DNA of 64,000 nucleotides from Gemmatimonadota bacterium (GTDB lineage Bacteria; Gemmatimonadota; Gemmatimonadetes; Longimicrobiales; Gaopeijiaceae): NCBI GenBank assembly GCA_022822445.1, contig JAJEBR010000054.1, positions 65,015 to 129,014 of the forward strand, read 5' to 3'. Shown piece by piece: positions 45,960 to 57,525 of this stretch (position 1 is its first letter; each line of letters starts with the position of its first letter). The notes under the pieces were generated by a model. It saw only the letters and a program-made list of their open reading frames with translations, ran no database searches and was not told where the DNA came from. The position numbers and the translations under genes were made by a program.

Positions 45960-45988
45960 AGTTTATGCAGTAGAGCCTCCCAAGTCAA
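45960..45988 (-). promoter_or_regulatory. Putative sigma70-type promoter of the sigma-factor gene
   Basis: Minus-strand reading: TTGACT (45988-45983), 17 nt, TAAACT (45965-45960). Confidence 0.45.
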
Positions 45989-46033
45989 ATGTTTTTTCCG
46001 GCGCCTCGGGCCGCCTCCGGACTCCGCCCCGAG

Positions 46034-47854
46034 CTACCGGGTTCCCAGGAAGACCGCCGAGGGGCCCGCGCCACGGCTTCGCTGCACCTGACGGTCCCTC
46101 AGGGTCGCCAGCAGACTGGTCGCGTCGTAGCCGATGCGAAGGTGGTAGTTGCCCAGACCGCCGGCTTCGAGCGGGACGGCCAGATCCAGGCGTACGACCT
46201 GGCGGTTGCCGTCGGGAAAAGCGAATCGCAGCCCGGCACCGGCGGCCCCGCGCAGCCCCGAATCGGTGCCGAAGGGCGCGTCCCCCTTCCATCCGGCTCC
46301 GACATCGACGAAAACCGCCAGCCCGACGTCGAAAACGTCGCTGAACGGGGCGTCCAGCGTAATCCGGTCCTCCAGGTTGACCACCAGCCGGCGCGCGGCG
46401 GGGAAGTCGAGCCGGCCGTACCCGCGGACGCCGAGAGGTCCTCCCAGGGTGAGCTGGAAGGGCCGCGTGTTGTCCCAGCCACCGGCGCCGCTGAGCCCCA
46501 GGACGACGGTGTGCCGGCTGCCGGTCCGCGGCTGCCAGTACAGGTAGGCGTCGAACTCGCCAAGAATGTCGCGAAATGACCTCGCGGGCTGTTCCACGCC
46601 GGGGAGCCATCCCCCCTCGAGATGCACCTCCGAGTTGAAGAGCCACCGCTCACCGGCGGAGCCCCCGAAGAGGGAGAGGCTGCCGCGCAGCTCCCGCTCC
46701 GCCCCGCCGACGCCGAGTTCCGGGCCTGCAAACGTCGTGGCGGCCGTGACCAGCGCCTGCGTGCCCACCCGCACGTCCTGCTCGGCCCGCACGGCGTCGA
46801 GACCGCGCCGTGTGATGAAGCGGATGTTGCGCTTGCCGGCGACGACATGGAAGCGCGGGATCGTTCGTGGAGCGGTCTGGCCGGCGATGGCCCCGATCAT
46901 GGCCTCGTCGGCGCTCTCCCGTGCGGAATAGTCGAAGCCGGGAATCACTTCGACCGCGTCGGGGAACCCGTCGAAGCGGAGCCTTTCCCAGGAAAATCCT
47001 GCCGCGAGGACGGTCAGGTCCCCCGGGGATCCGAATCGTCGGCCAACGGTGACCTCGGCCCGGCGGGTCTGCATGGGAAGGCTCACGTAGGTGGATGTGC
47101 CGGCTTCCGGAGTCGCGTAGGGAAAGATGTCTTCGCGCAGCGAGTACGACTCCACGAACGCCCACCTGCCGACCTCGCCCACAAAGGGATAGGAGAGCGA
47201 CTCGGTGAAGAAGCTCCCGGTTCGGGTCCTGCCCCCGGAGACCGCTCCGTCGAAGCGAGTGCGCGCCAGGCGCGGATTGCGCAGGTGCACGCCGGCGTCC
47301 CGCTGTTCGACCTGGTCCCGGTAATAGACGCCCAGCAGGGTCCCGGTTCCGAGGAAGTTCTCCTCCGCCCCGCCGAGGTAGGCGAAGCGGAGGCCCTGGT
47401 CCAGTTCCGGCCGCACGTCGAGCTTCAGCGTCCAGTCGTCACGCGTGGTGACGAGGACGTCCACTCCGCCGTCGTCGGCGGGCGCATGGCGGATGTCCGC
47501 CTCCGCGAGGAAGGGAAGCGACCGAAGGGATCGCTCGGACTCGTCGAGCAGCAGCTGGTCGAAACAGTCACCCGGGCGGAAGAGGAGTTCGCTCGTGATA
47601 ACGCCCTTCCGGGTTCGAATGTGCACCCGGTTGGCCACCCAGGCGGCGAGCCGATGGACCCAGCCGTGCGACTGGCCGTCCTGCGGCCCGTCCTCCTCGT
47701 AGATGGACTGGTTGTCGATGGTGATGCCGGCGATCACGCCCGCCGGACATTCCAGCCGGTTTTCGGGTGTTTCCTGGGCCGTGGCCGGATGCGCCGCGCC
47801 GAGAAGCCCGAGCAGGATCAATGTGGCCGCCGGACGGACGGCGGAGCCGGTCAT
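46034..47854 (-). CDS. Omp85/BamA-family outer-membrane protein (POTRA plus beta-barrel)
   Basis: Signal peptide MTGSAVRPAATLILLGLLGAAHPATAQE; alternating beta-strand pattern; barrel end GLRFAFPDGNRQVVRLDLAVPL. Only the 3' 1.8 kb of track ORF 46034..50242 is accepted. Confidence 0.65.
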   Translation of the reverse strand: MTGSAVRPAATLILLGLLGAAHPATAQETPENRLECPAGVIAGITIDNQSIYEEDGPQDGQSHGWVHRLAAWVANRVHIRTRKGVITSELLFRPGDCFDQLLLDESERSLRSLPFLAEADIRHAPADDGGVDVLVTTRDDWTLKLDVRPELDQGLRFAYLGGAEENFLGTGTLLGVYYRDQVEQRDAGVHLRNPRLARTRFDGAVSGGRTRTGSFFTESLSYPFVGEVGRWAFVESYSLREDIFPYATPEAGTSTYVSLPMQTRRAEVTVGRRFGSPGDLTVLAAGFSWERLRFDGFPDAVEVIPGFDYSARESADEAMIGAIAGQTAPRTIPRFHVVAGKRNIRFITRRGLDAVRAEQDVRVGTQALVTAATTFAGPELGVGGAERELRGSLSLFGGSAGERWLFNSEVHLEGGWLPGVEQPARSFRDILGEFDAYLYWQPRTGSRHTVVLGLSGAGGWDNTRPFQLTLGGPLGVRGYGRLDFPAARRLVVNLEDRITLDAPFSDVFDVGLAVFVDVGAGWKGDAPFGTDSGLRGAAGAGLRFAFPDGNRQVVRLDLAVPLEAGGLGNYHLRIGYDATSLLATLRDRQVQRSRGAGPSAVFLGTR

Positions 47855-47880
47855 GGTCTCATGCGAGGTGGGGTTGGCGA

Positions 47881-47910
47881 TTGACGGCGCTCCGTACAGT
47901 CCGGTAGGAT
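47881..47910 (+). promoter_or_regulatory. Putative sigma70-type promoter of maeB
   Basis: TTGACG (47881-47886), 18 nt, TAGGAT (47905-47910). Confidence 0.35.
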
Positions 47911-47989
47911 CACTCCCCGGCGATGGCCGTTGCCCGACTGCCAGCCGGAGATTGGGGAGAATACTAACAGGACGGGGACTTTTCGTTAA

Positions 47990-50275
<2,286 letters not shown>

Positions 50276-50276
50276 A

Positions 50277-51899
50277 ATGAACAAACCAGGAACCACGGAC
50301 AGAAATATGCTTGTAGCAGAAGCGCCTGTGACGGCTCTGCGTGAAGAGGGACTGAACCCGAGAGGACGCGTCAACCGCAATCTCTCTCCCGCGGAGCTGT
50401 ATGAAGAAACGCTCAGGCTCGGGACCGGCCGGCTCGCGCAGGGCGGCGGACTGGTCACCGTAACCGCTCCCCACACCGGCCGCTCCCCCAACGACCGCTT
50501 CATCGTGGACGAACCGGGTGCCAGCCATCTGATCGACTGGGGCGACGTCAACGTCCCGATCGAAGAGGCACACTACCGCACCCTCAAGGCGGAGATCATC
50601 GAGCGCCTCAACGGCTGCGAACTCTACGTGCGGGACGCGCGCGCCGGTGCCGATCCGCGCTACTCCATCGGCGTGCGCGTGATCTCGGAGAGCCCGTGGC
50701 ACGACCTCTTCGCCCGCAACATGTTCCTGAGGCTCGGGCCCGGCGAGGAAGCGGGCTTCACACCCGACTTCATCGTCTACCACGCGCCCTCCATACAGGC
50801 GGACCCGGCCCGCCACGGCACCAACTCGGGCGCGTTCATCGTGGTCCACTTCACGGAGCGGGTGGTCCTGGTCGGCGGCACCGCGTACGCCGGCGAGATC
50901 AAGAAGTCCATCTTCTCGGCGCTCAACTTCACGCTTCCGGCCCGGGGCGTGCTCCCCATGCACTGCTCGGCCAACATCGGCGCCGCCGGCGACACCGCGC
51001 TCTTCTTCGGCCTCTCCGGCACCGGCAAGACGACGCTGTCCGCCGATCCCGCCCGCGAACTCATCGGCGACGACGAGCACGGCTGGAGCGACAACGGCGT
51101 CTTCAACTTCGAGGGCGGCTGCTACGCGAAGACGATCCGGCTTTCGCCGGAGGGGGAGCCGGACATCTACCGCGCGACCCGCATGTTCGGAACCATCCTC
51201 GAAAACGTGATCGTCGACGAGCGCACGCGGGAGATCGACTACGACTCGGCGGAGATCACCGAGAACACCCGCGCGTCGTACCCGATCCACTACATCGCGA
51301 ACGCGGTGCCGGGCGGCCAGGGTGGCCACCCGAACAACGTGGTCTTCCTGACGGCCGATGCCTTCGGCGTGCTGCCTCCGATCGCGCGCCTCACCCCCGA
51401 GCAGGCGATGTACCACTTCCTCTCCGGGTACACGGCCAAGGTGGCCGGCACCGAGCGGGGCGTCACCGAGCCCAAAGCCGCCTTCAGCGCCTGCTTCGGG
51501 GCGCCCTTCCTGCCCCAGCACCCCACCGTCTACGCCAGGCTCCTCGGCGACAGGATCCAGCGGCACGGCGCCCGGGTGTGGCTCGTGAACACCGGGTGGA
51601 CGGGGGGCCGCTACGGCGTCGGCAGCCGGATGGAGCTGGCCCACACCCGCGCGATGCTGGAGGCCGCGCTGAACGGTGAGCTGGAGGGGTCGCCAAGCAC
51701 GGTGGACCCGGTTTTCGGGCTGCACATTCCCACCCGCGTTCCCGGCGTTCCGGACAGCGTGCTGCTGCCCCGCGGGACCTGGTCGGACGGCGCTGCCTAC
51801 GACGCGGCCGCCGCCGAACTGGCCGCCATGTTCAAGCGCAACTTCGCGCGCTTCGCGGACGACGCGAGCGAGGCGGTACGCGCCGCGGGGCCCGCGTAG
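50277..51899 (+). CDS. pckA: Phosphoenolpyruvate carboxykinase (ATP)
   Basis: HTGRSPNDRFIV, kinase-1a FFGLSGTGKTTLSADP, FNFEGGCYAK. Confidence 0.95.
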   Translation: MNKPGTTDRNMLVAEAPVTALREEGLNPRGRVNRNLSPAELYEETLRLGTGRLAQGGGLVTVTAPHTGRSPNDRFIVDEPGASHLIDWGDVNVPIEEAHYRTLKAEIIERLNGCELYVRDARAGADPRYSIGVRVISESPWHDLFARNMFLRLGPGEEAGFTPDFIVYHAPSIQADPARHGTNSGAFIVVHFTERVVLVGGTAYAGEIKKSIFSALNFTLPARGVLPMHCSANIGAAGDTALFFGLSGTGKTTLSADPARELIGDDEHGWSDNGVFNFEGGCYAKTIRLSPEGEPDIYRATRMFGTILENVIVDERTREIDYDSAEITENTRASYPIHYIANAVPGGQGGHPNNVVFLTADAFGVLPPIARLTPEQAMYHFLSGYTAKVAGTERGVTEPKAAFSACFGAPFLPQHPTVYARLLGDRIQRHGARVWLVNTGWTGGRYGVGSRMELAHTRAMLEAALNGELEGSPSTVDPVFGLHIPTRVPGVPDSVLLPRGTWSDGAAYDAAAAELAAMFKRNFARFADDASEAVRAAGPA

Positions 51900-51915
51900 C
51901 GGCAGGGGGGGCGCA

Positions 51916-53115
51916 TTGGCTCGGCGACGGCGACCATTCGGCATTCTGCTGGCGATCGCGGCGCTGAGCGCGTGCGAGCAGGCCGAGAAGCTGGAAGACC
52001 GCTTTCGTGACCTGACCCCGCGCGAGGCCTACCAGGAGAAGCTGGTCGCGGCCGGCCTGGACAGTACGGCGCTGGGGCGGGACTGGGCGGCGGCCGGTCG
52101 GGAAGCGGTGGAAGAGCCGGTCACCGTCGACCTGCCGTTCGAGGAAGAGGGCTACATCACGTCCGAGGACCCCGGGGCAGTGGGCTACCGAGTCCACATC
52201 CCGCGCGGGCGAAAGCTGACGTTCGGCGTCTACCTGGAGACCGATGAAGGCACCCGCCTCTTCGTCGACCTCTTCCGCGTCCCCAACGACGAGGACGACC
52301 CGCTGAGGCCGGTGTTCTCGTCGGATTCGGTGGGAGGAATCTTCGAGCACGAAGACCCCTGGCGGGAGGGCGACTACATCCTGCGGCTGCAGCCCGAACT
52401 GCTCCGCGGCGGAACCTACCGGGTGGTCCTCACCCAGGAGGCGCAGTTCGCGTTCCCGGTGGAGGGGTACAGCATGCCGTCGATCCAGAGCTTTTTCGGC
52501 GCGCCGCGCGATGGCGGGCGGCGGGAGCACCACGGCGTCGACATCTTTGCACGCCGCGGGACGCCGGTGCTGGCCGCGACCGCCGGGACCACATACCGGG
52601 TGAACGACACACGGATCGGCGGCAAGGTGGTCTGGGTGCGCGACGAGGAGCGCGACGCCCGGTTCTACTACGCGCACCTCGACAGCCAGGCCGTCGGCAA
52701 CGGCGTGCGGGTCGAGCCGGGCGACACGCTCGGCTTCGTGGGGAACACGGGCAACGCGCGCACCACCCCGCCGCACCTGCACTTCGGCGTCTACCGCCGC
52801 CCCGGAGGCGCGTTCGACCCCTTCCCCTTCCTGGATTCTCCCCGTGACCGCCTGCCGGAGATGACGGCGGACCCGTCGCTGCTCGGGGCCTGGGTGCAGC
52901 CGGGCAACGAAGGGATCCGGCTGCGGGCTTCGCCGGGCATGCGGGCCGAGGTGCTGATGGAACTGGACACCGGTGCCAGTCTGCGCGTGCTTGGTGCCTC
53001 GGGCGATTGGTTCCGGGTGCGGCTGCCGGATGGCCAGGGCGGGTATGTCGCCGCGCGGCTCATGGACGCCGAGGTCGCGGTGGCCGACGGTGGAGGGGAC
53101 GACCCGGGGGGGTAG
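51916..53115 (+). CDS. M23-family metallopeptidase lipoprotein with C-terminal SH3b-like domain
   Basis: TTG start. Lipobox IAALSAC. HHGVDIFA (HxxxD) and PPHLHFGVY (HxH) motifs. Confidence 0.8.
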   Translation: MARRRRPFGILLAIAALSACEQAEKLEDRFRDLTPREAYQEKLVAAGLDSTALGRDWAAAGREAVEEPVTVDLPFEEEGYITSEDPGAVGYRVHIPRGRKLTFGVYLETDEGTRLFVDLFRVPNDEDDPLRPVFSSDSVGGIFEHEDPWREGDYILRLQPELLRGGTYRVVLTQEAQFAFPVEGYSMPSIQSFFGAPRDGGRREHHGVDIFARRGTPVLAATAGTTYRVNDTRIGGKVVWVRDEERDARFYYAHLDSQAVGNGVRVEPGDTLGFVGNTGNARTTPPHLHFGVYRRPGGAFDPFPFLDSPRDRLPEMTADPSLLGAWVQPGNEGIRLRASPGMRAEVLMELDTGASLRVLGASGDWFRVRLPDGQGGYVAARLMDAEVAVADGGGDDPGG

Positions 53116-53156
53116 CGCGACTTGCGGCCGCCTGGGAAGCCGCATCCGATCGGGGA

Positions 53157-53456
53157 ATGAGCCGGAATTCACCCGCGTACCTTCGGGAGCACCTTCCGGC
53201 GCCCGACTCGATCCCCAACGTCGACGATCTCCTGGTCGATGACGAGGGCATGGTGTGGGTCGGGTCGTACCGGGCCGATCCTTCAGCGCCACGACTGTAT
53301 CACGTGTATGACACCGAAGGTCGATTCCTGGCACGGGTCGCGATGCCGCCGGACGTCGACGTGCTGGAAATCGGGGCCGGCCATGTGCTCGGGGTCACCC
53401 GTGACGCGTTGGATGTCGAGCGAGTCGTGCTGCTGGAGCTGAATCGAGGCGGGTGA
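53157..53456 (+). pseudogene. 100-codon fragment corresponding to the last blade of the beta-propeller lipoprotein family
   Basis: VDDEGMVWVGSY...YDTEGRFLARVAMPPDVDVLEIGAGHVLGVTRDALDVERVVLLELNRGG aligns with the C-terminus of 37477..38772 (VDNWGNLWVLAL...FHEGRWLGDVAMPSGVLWIGDDIILCRHFDRDTGLEKILGYRLSRG). No room for the N-terminal 300 aa. Confidence 0.45.
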
Positions 53457-53484
53457 TTGGCCCTGACGAGGCACCGCCAGAAAA

Positions 53485-53523
53485 TGTAATCTTCACATGA
53501 CATTATGTCGTGTCCGCTTTACA
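53485..53523 (+). promoter_or_regulatory. 39-bp bipartite palindromic element, copy F
   Basis: TGTAATCTTCACATGACA-tta-TGTCGTGTCCGCTTTACA, 97 nt upstream of the EVE-domain gene ATG. Promoter reading: ATGACA, 17 nt, TACATT. Confidence 0.6.
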
Positions 53524-53620
53524 TTCAGGGTCGCCGCGTGGATTGTTACGATGTTGCGAACACAGGGTGATTCCTGTCGCTTATCTTCGGGAAGACCCCC
53601 ACCACCCTCCGGAGACCCCC

Positions 53621-54097
53621 ATGGCCCGCCAGTACTGGCTCATGAAGAGCGAGCCCTACGTCTACTCGATCGACGACCTGCGGCGCGACGGCACGACCTA
53701 CTGGGACGGCGTCCGCAACTACGCCGCCCGCAACCTCATGCGCGACAGGATGCGGATCGGCGACCGCGTCCTCTACTACCACTCGAACGCGAAGCCGCCG
53801 GGTGTGGCCGGCATCGCCGAGGTGTGCCGCGAGTCCTACCCCGACCACACGCAGTTCGACCCGTCCAGCAAGTACCACGACCCCAAGGCCACCGAGGAGA
53901 ACCCCCGCTGGTTCATGGTGGATGTCCGCTTCGTGGAGAAGTTCGAGCGGGAGGTCGGCCTGCCCGAGATCCGCGCGACGCCGGAGCTGTCGAAGATGGT
54001 CCTCGTGAACCGTAGCCGGCTTTCGGTACAGCCGGTGACGCAGGGGGAGTACGAACACATCCTGGGGATGGCGGGGAGCGAGGAGGCGGGCCGATGA
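53621..54097 (+). CDS. EVE (PUA-like) domain protein
   Basis: YWLMKSEPYVYSIDDL...WDGVRNYAARNLMRDRMRIGDRVLYYHS...PRWFMVDV is typical of the EVE/THYN1-like family. ATG 6 nt after GGAG. Confidence 0.75.
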   Translation: MARQYWLMKSEPYVYSIDDLRRDGTTYWDGVRNYAARNLMRDRMRIGDRVLYYHSNAKPPGVAGIAEVCRESYPDHTQFDPSSKYHDPKATEENPRWFMVDVRFVEKFEREVGLPEIRATPELSKMVLVNRSRLSVQPVTQGEYEHILGMAGSEEAGR

Positions 54098-54167
54098 GCC
54101 GGGGAATGGAACCGGGGCGGAGCGAGCCAATGCCCGGGCGCGGCCCGATGACGCCGGGAGCGGTAGA

Positions 54168-55628
54168 ATGACTGCAGGCCGAAGTCCCGTGGCGGCCAAC
54201 TACGTGGCCGGTGAGTGGGTGAAGGCCGGGGCTGGCGAGCGGCTCCCGGTGGAGGATCCGGCGACGCGCGAGGTGCTGGGTTCGGTGCCGCTGTCCGGCC
54301 AGGGCGACGTCGACCGCGCCGTCGCCGCCGCCCACGCCGCCTTCCCCGCCTGGCGCCGCACCCCCGTCCCCGAGCGCGCCCGCGTCCTCTTCCGCCTCAA
54401 GGCGCTCCTCGACGAGCACCACGACGACCTCGCGGCGAGCCTCTCGCGCGAACACGGCAAGAACGTCGCGGAGACGTGGGGCGAGGTGCAGCGCGGCATC
54501 GAGAACGTGGAGCACGCGGCCGGGATGCCCACCCTGATGATGGGCGACACCCTGGAGGACATCGCGCGCGGCGTGGACTGCGAGACGGTGCGGCAGCCCG
54601 TCGGGGTCTTCGCGGTCGTCACCCCGTACAACTTCCCCGTGATGATCCCGCTCTGGGTCTGGCCGTACGCCGTCGCCGCGGGCAACTCGGTGGTGCTCAA
54701 GCCCAGCGAGCAGGACCCGCTCACGCACCAGCGCGTGGTCGAGCTGGCCGTGCGGGCGGGGCTCCCGCCGGGCGTGCTGAACGTGGTGCACGGCCGCCGT
54801 GAGGCGGTGGAGGCGCTGATCGACCACCCGGACGTGGCGGGCGTGTCCTTCGTGGGGTCGAGCGCCGTGGCGAAGAGCCTGTATGCGCGAGCGGGGGCGG
54901 CGGGGAAGCGGGTGCAGGCGCTCGGCGGCGCGAAGAACCACATGATCGTGTTGCCGGACGCCGATCCGGAGATGGTGGCCGATGCGGTGGTGGGGTCCGT
55001 GTTCGGGTCCGCGGGGCAGCGCTGCCTGGCGGGGTCGGTGGTGGTGGGGGTGGGGGATGTGTACGAGCCGGTGCGCGACGGGATCCTCGACGGGGCGGCG
55101 TCGCTCACGATCGGGCGGGGACTCGACGACGGCGTGGACATGGGACCCGTGATCTCGGGGGCCCACAGGGACCGGGTGAACGCGTTCATCGATGAGGGGG
55201 AGCGCGACGGAGCGCGGCTGGTGATGGATGGGCGCCGGTTGCGCGTCCCCGGGTACCCGCGCGGTCATTGGGTCGGCCCCACCGTCTTCGAGGACGTGAC
55301 GCCCGAGATGCCGATCGGCCGTGAAGAGGTGTTCGGTCCGGTGGCCGGGCTGGCCAGGGCGCCGAGCCTGGAGGCCGCGCTCGACATGCTGGCGAGGAGC
55401 CCGTACGGCAACGCCGCGTCGATCTTCACGAACTCGGGCCGCGCCGCGCGCGAGTTCCGCTACCGCGCGGAGATCTCGATGATCGGCGTCAACATCGGGG
55501 TGGCCGCGCCGATGGCCTTCTTCCCGTTCGGGGGCGCGCGGAATTCGTTCTACGGAGACCTGAAGGCGCAGGGCCGGGATGCGGTGTCGTTCTTCACGGA
55601 TCAGAGGGTGGTGATTTCGAGGTGGTAG
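54168..55628 (+). CDS. mmsA: CoA-acylating methylmalonate-semialdehyde dehydrogenase
   Basis: Aldehyde dehydrogenase fold. NFPVMIPLWVWPYAVAAGNSVVLKPSEQDP; catalytic Cys in GSAGQRCLAGS; 486 aa. Confidence 0.85.
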   Translation: MTAGRSPVAANYVAGEWVKAGAGERLPVEDPATREVLGSVPLSGQGDVDRAVAAAHAAFPAWRRTPVPERARVLFRLKALLDEHHDDLAASLSREHGKNVAETWGEVQRGIENVEHAAGMPTLMMGDTLEDIARGVDCETVRQPVGVFAVVTPYNFPVMIPLWVWPYAVAAGNSVVLKPSEQDPLTHQRVVELAVRAGLPPGVLNVVHGRREAVEALIDHPDVAGVSFVGSSAVAKSLYARAGAAGKRVQALGGAKNHMIVLPDADPEMVADAVVGSVFGSAGQRCLAGSVVVGVGDVYEPVRDGILDGAASLTIGRGLDDGVDMGPVISGAHRDRVNAFIDEGERDGARLVMDGRRLRVPGYPRGHWVGPTVFEDVTPEMPIGREEVFGPVAGLARAPSLEAALDMLARSPYGNAASIFTNSGRAAREFRYRAEISMIGVNIGVAAPMAFFPFGGARNSFYGDLKAQGRDAVSFFTDQRVVISRW

Positions 55629-55687
55629 GGGGCGGAGCCGCACACCGGACCGGGGGTTGACTGTACGCTGCAACGAGAAACAACCTA

Positions 55688-55703
55688 TATCGCAAATGCG
55701 ATA
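55688..55703 (+). promoter_or_regulatory. Perfect 7-2-7 palindrome (TATCGCA-aa-TGCGATA), probable DinJ operator
   Basis: Located 14 nt upstream of the dinJ ATG, immediately upstream of the SD (GGGAGG). Confidence 0.45.
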
Positions 55704-55716
55704 CGGGAGGCTTCGG

Positions 55717-55998
55717 ATGAAGACGCAAAGCTCGATGCTCCACGTTCGGATGGACACGGAGATGAAGCGGAAGGCGACGGCGGCACTGGCGGCCATGGGG
55801 ATGACGGCCTCCGAGGCCGTGCGGTTGTTCTTCCACCGAATCGCGGTGGACCAGGCGTTTCCGCTGGAACTCAAGGTCCCGAACGCGCGGACCCGCGAGG
55901 CCATGGCCGAGTCGGAAGAGATGATGAGGCGGGGGACCGCTCGGTTCGCGAACGCCGACGACATGTTTGCGGAGCTGGAAGAAGCTGGCGGTCGGTAA
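55717..55998 (+). CDS. dinJ: Type II antitoxin, RelB/DinJ family
   Basis: LHVRMDTEMKRKATAALAAMGMTASEAVRLFFHRIAVDQAFPLELKVPN matches the DinJ ribbon-helix-helix pattern. Internal ATG of track ORF 55657..55998. Confidence 0.7.
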   Translation: MKTQSSMLHVRMDTEMKRKATAALAAMGMTASEAVRLFFHRIAVDQAFPLELKVPNARTREAMAESEEMMRRGTARFANADDMFAELEEAGGR

Positions 55999-56065
55999 GC
56001 GGACGCACCCGCCTCGGCGAGTGGACTTCACTCGCGCCGGCACCCACGCCGAGCTCTTCGAATAG
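55997..56065 (+). pseudogene. 22-codon remnant of a YafQ/RelE-type toxin gene
   Basis: Own translation: KRTHPPRRVDFTRAGTHAELFE-stop. E. coli YafQ ends ...LLRFERTGTHAALFG. The N-terminal roughly 70 codons are missing. Confidence 0.45.
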
Positions 56066-56153
56066 TCGGCGAATCGCCCCTCCCGCTCTGTTGCGCCAGG
56101 GTGGCGCGACCTGGACATTGTCGGTTCCCGAACATCCGACGGAGGGCGACTAC

Positions 56154-57467
56154 ATGCGAGCAACGGCAAGCCTCGGCTCCGACATCCTCGCCGAGCAGCA
56201 GAAACACATCTTCCAGTGCGTCCGGCCCCTCTACGACGAGCCGGTGGCGATCGCGGAGGGGTCGGGGTGCTGGGTCAGGGACTACGACGGGCGCGACTAC
56301 CTGGACGCCTTCGCAGGCATCCTCACGACCTCGCTGGGCCACTGCCACCCGGCCGTGGTTTCGGCCGTCCAGGAACAGGCCGCGCGGGTGGGCCACCTCT
56401 CCACCCTCTACGTCAACGACCGCCAGATCGAAGCGGCCCGCGCGCTGGCCACGATTTCACCCGGCGGCCTTTCCCGCACCTTCTTCCTGAACAGCGGCAC
56501 GGAGGCGATCGAGACCGCCCTCGCGGCGGCGCGCCTCCACACGGGACGCACCGAGATCATCGCGCTGCGGCAGGCGTACCACGGCCGCACCAGCATGGCC
56601 GCCGCCATCACCGCGCACGCCGAGTGGCGGGTGCTCCCCGCGACGGCGAGCGGCATCACGCACGCGCTCTCGCCCTACGCCTACCGCGCCCCGTTCGGCG
56701 CCGTCTCCGACGAGGAACTGGTCGAGATCTACGCCCGCGACCTGATCGAGGTCATCGAGACCACCACCAACGGCCGCCCGGCCGCCTTCATCGCCGAGAC
56801 GATCCAGGGGGTGGGCGGATACATCGTGCCGCCGCGCGGGTACTTCCAGCGGATGGCCGAGATCATCCGGTCGTACGGCGGCGTCTTCATCGCCGACGAG
56901 GTGCAGTCCGGCTTCGGGCGCACCGGTGGCCGGTGGTTCGGGATCGAGCACTGGGACGTGGTGCCGGACATCATGGTGATGGCGAAGGGGATCGCCGGCG
57001 GGATGCCCGTGGGCGCGACGATCGCCACCGGCGAGATCGCGGGGAACTGGCGCGGCAAGACCATCTCGACCTTCGGCGGCAACCCGGTGTGCATGGCGGC
57101 GATGATCGCGACCCTCGACACCATGCGGGCCGAAGACGTGCCCGCGCGGGCCCTCGAACGCGGCGCGCAGCTCAGGCGCGGCCTGGCGGCGCTCCAGCGG
57201 GCGCACCCATGGATCGGCGACGTGCGCGGGATGGGCCTCATGCAGGCGCTCGAGCTGGTGGAGGACCCGGCGACGAAGGAACCGGCGCCGCGCCTGGCGG
57301 GCGCGCTGCTGAACGCCGCAAAGGATGAAGGCCTGCTGATCGGAATCGGCGGGCTGCACGGCCACGTGATCCGCATCGGGCCGTCGCTGCTGATCTCGGA
57401 GGGCGAGGTCGTGGAGGCGCTGGCGCGGCTGGGCCGGGCCTGCGCCGCGGTCGAGGCGGCGAAGTGA
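56154..57467 (+). CDS. Class III pyridoxal-phosphate aminotransferase (omega-/beta-alanine-pyruvate-type)
   Basis: NSGTEAIETAL, FIADEVQSGFGRTG, PDIMVMAKGIAGG (PLP lysine). ATG 8 nt after GGAGGG. Confidence 0.85.
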   Translation: MRATASLGSDILAEQQKHIFQCVRPLYDEPVAIAEGSGCWVRDYDGRDYLDAFAGILTTSLGHCHPAVVSAVQEQAARVGHLSTLYVNDRQIEAARALATISPGGLSRTFFLNSGTEAIETALAAARLHTGRTEIIALRQAYHGRTSMAAAITAHAEWRVLPATASGITHALSPYAYRAPFGAVSDEELVEIYARDLIEVIETTTNGRPAAFIAETIQGVGGYIVPPRGYFQRMAEIIRSYGGVFIADEVQSGFGRTGGRWFGIEHWDVVPDIMVMAKGIAGGMPVGATIATGEIAGNWRGKTISTFGGNPVCMAAMIATLDTMRAEDVPARALERGAQLRRGLAALQRAHPWIGDVRGMGLMQALELVEDPATKEPAPRLAGALLNAAKDEGLLIGIGGLHGHVIRIGPSLLISEGEVVEALARLGRACAAVEAAK

Positions 57468-57525
57468 CCGTGCGCACTCCGGGATGCGGCCGGCCTGGCC
57501 GGTGGTGGCCAGCCGGGAGGCCCGC

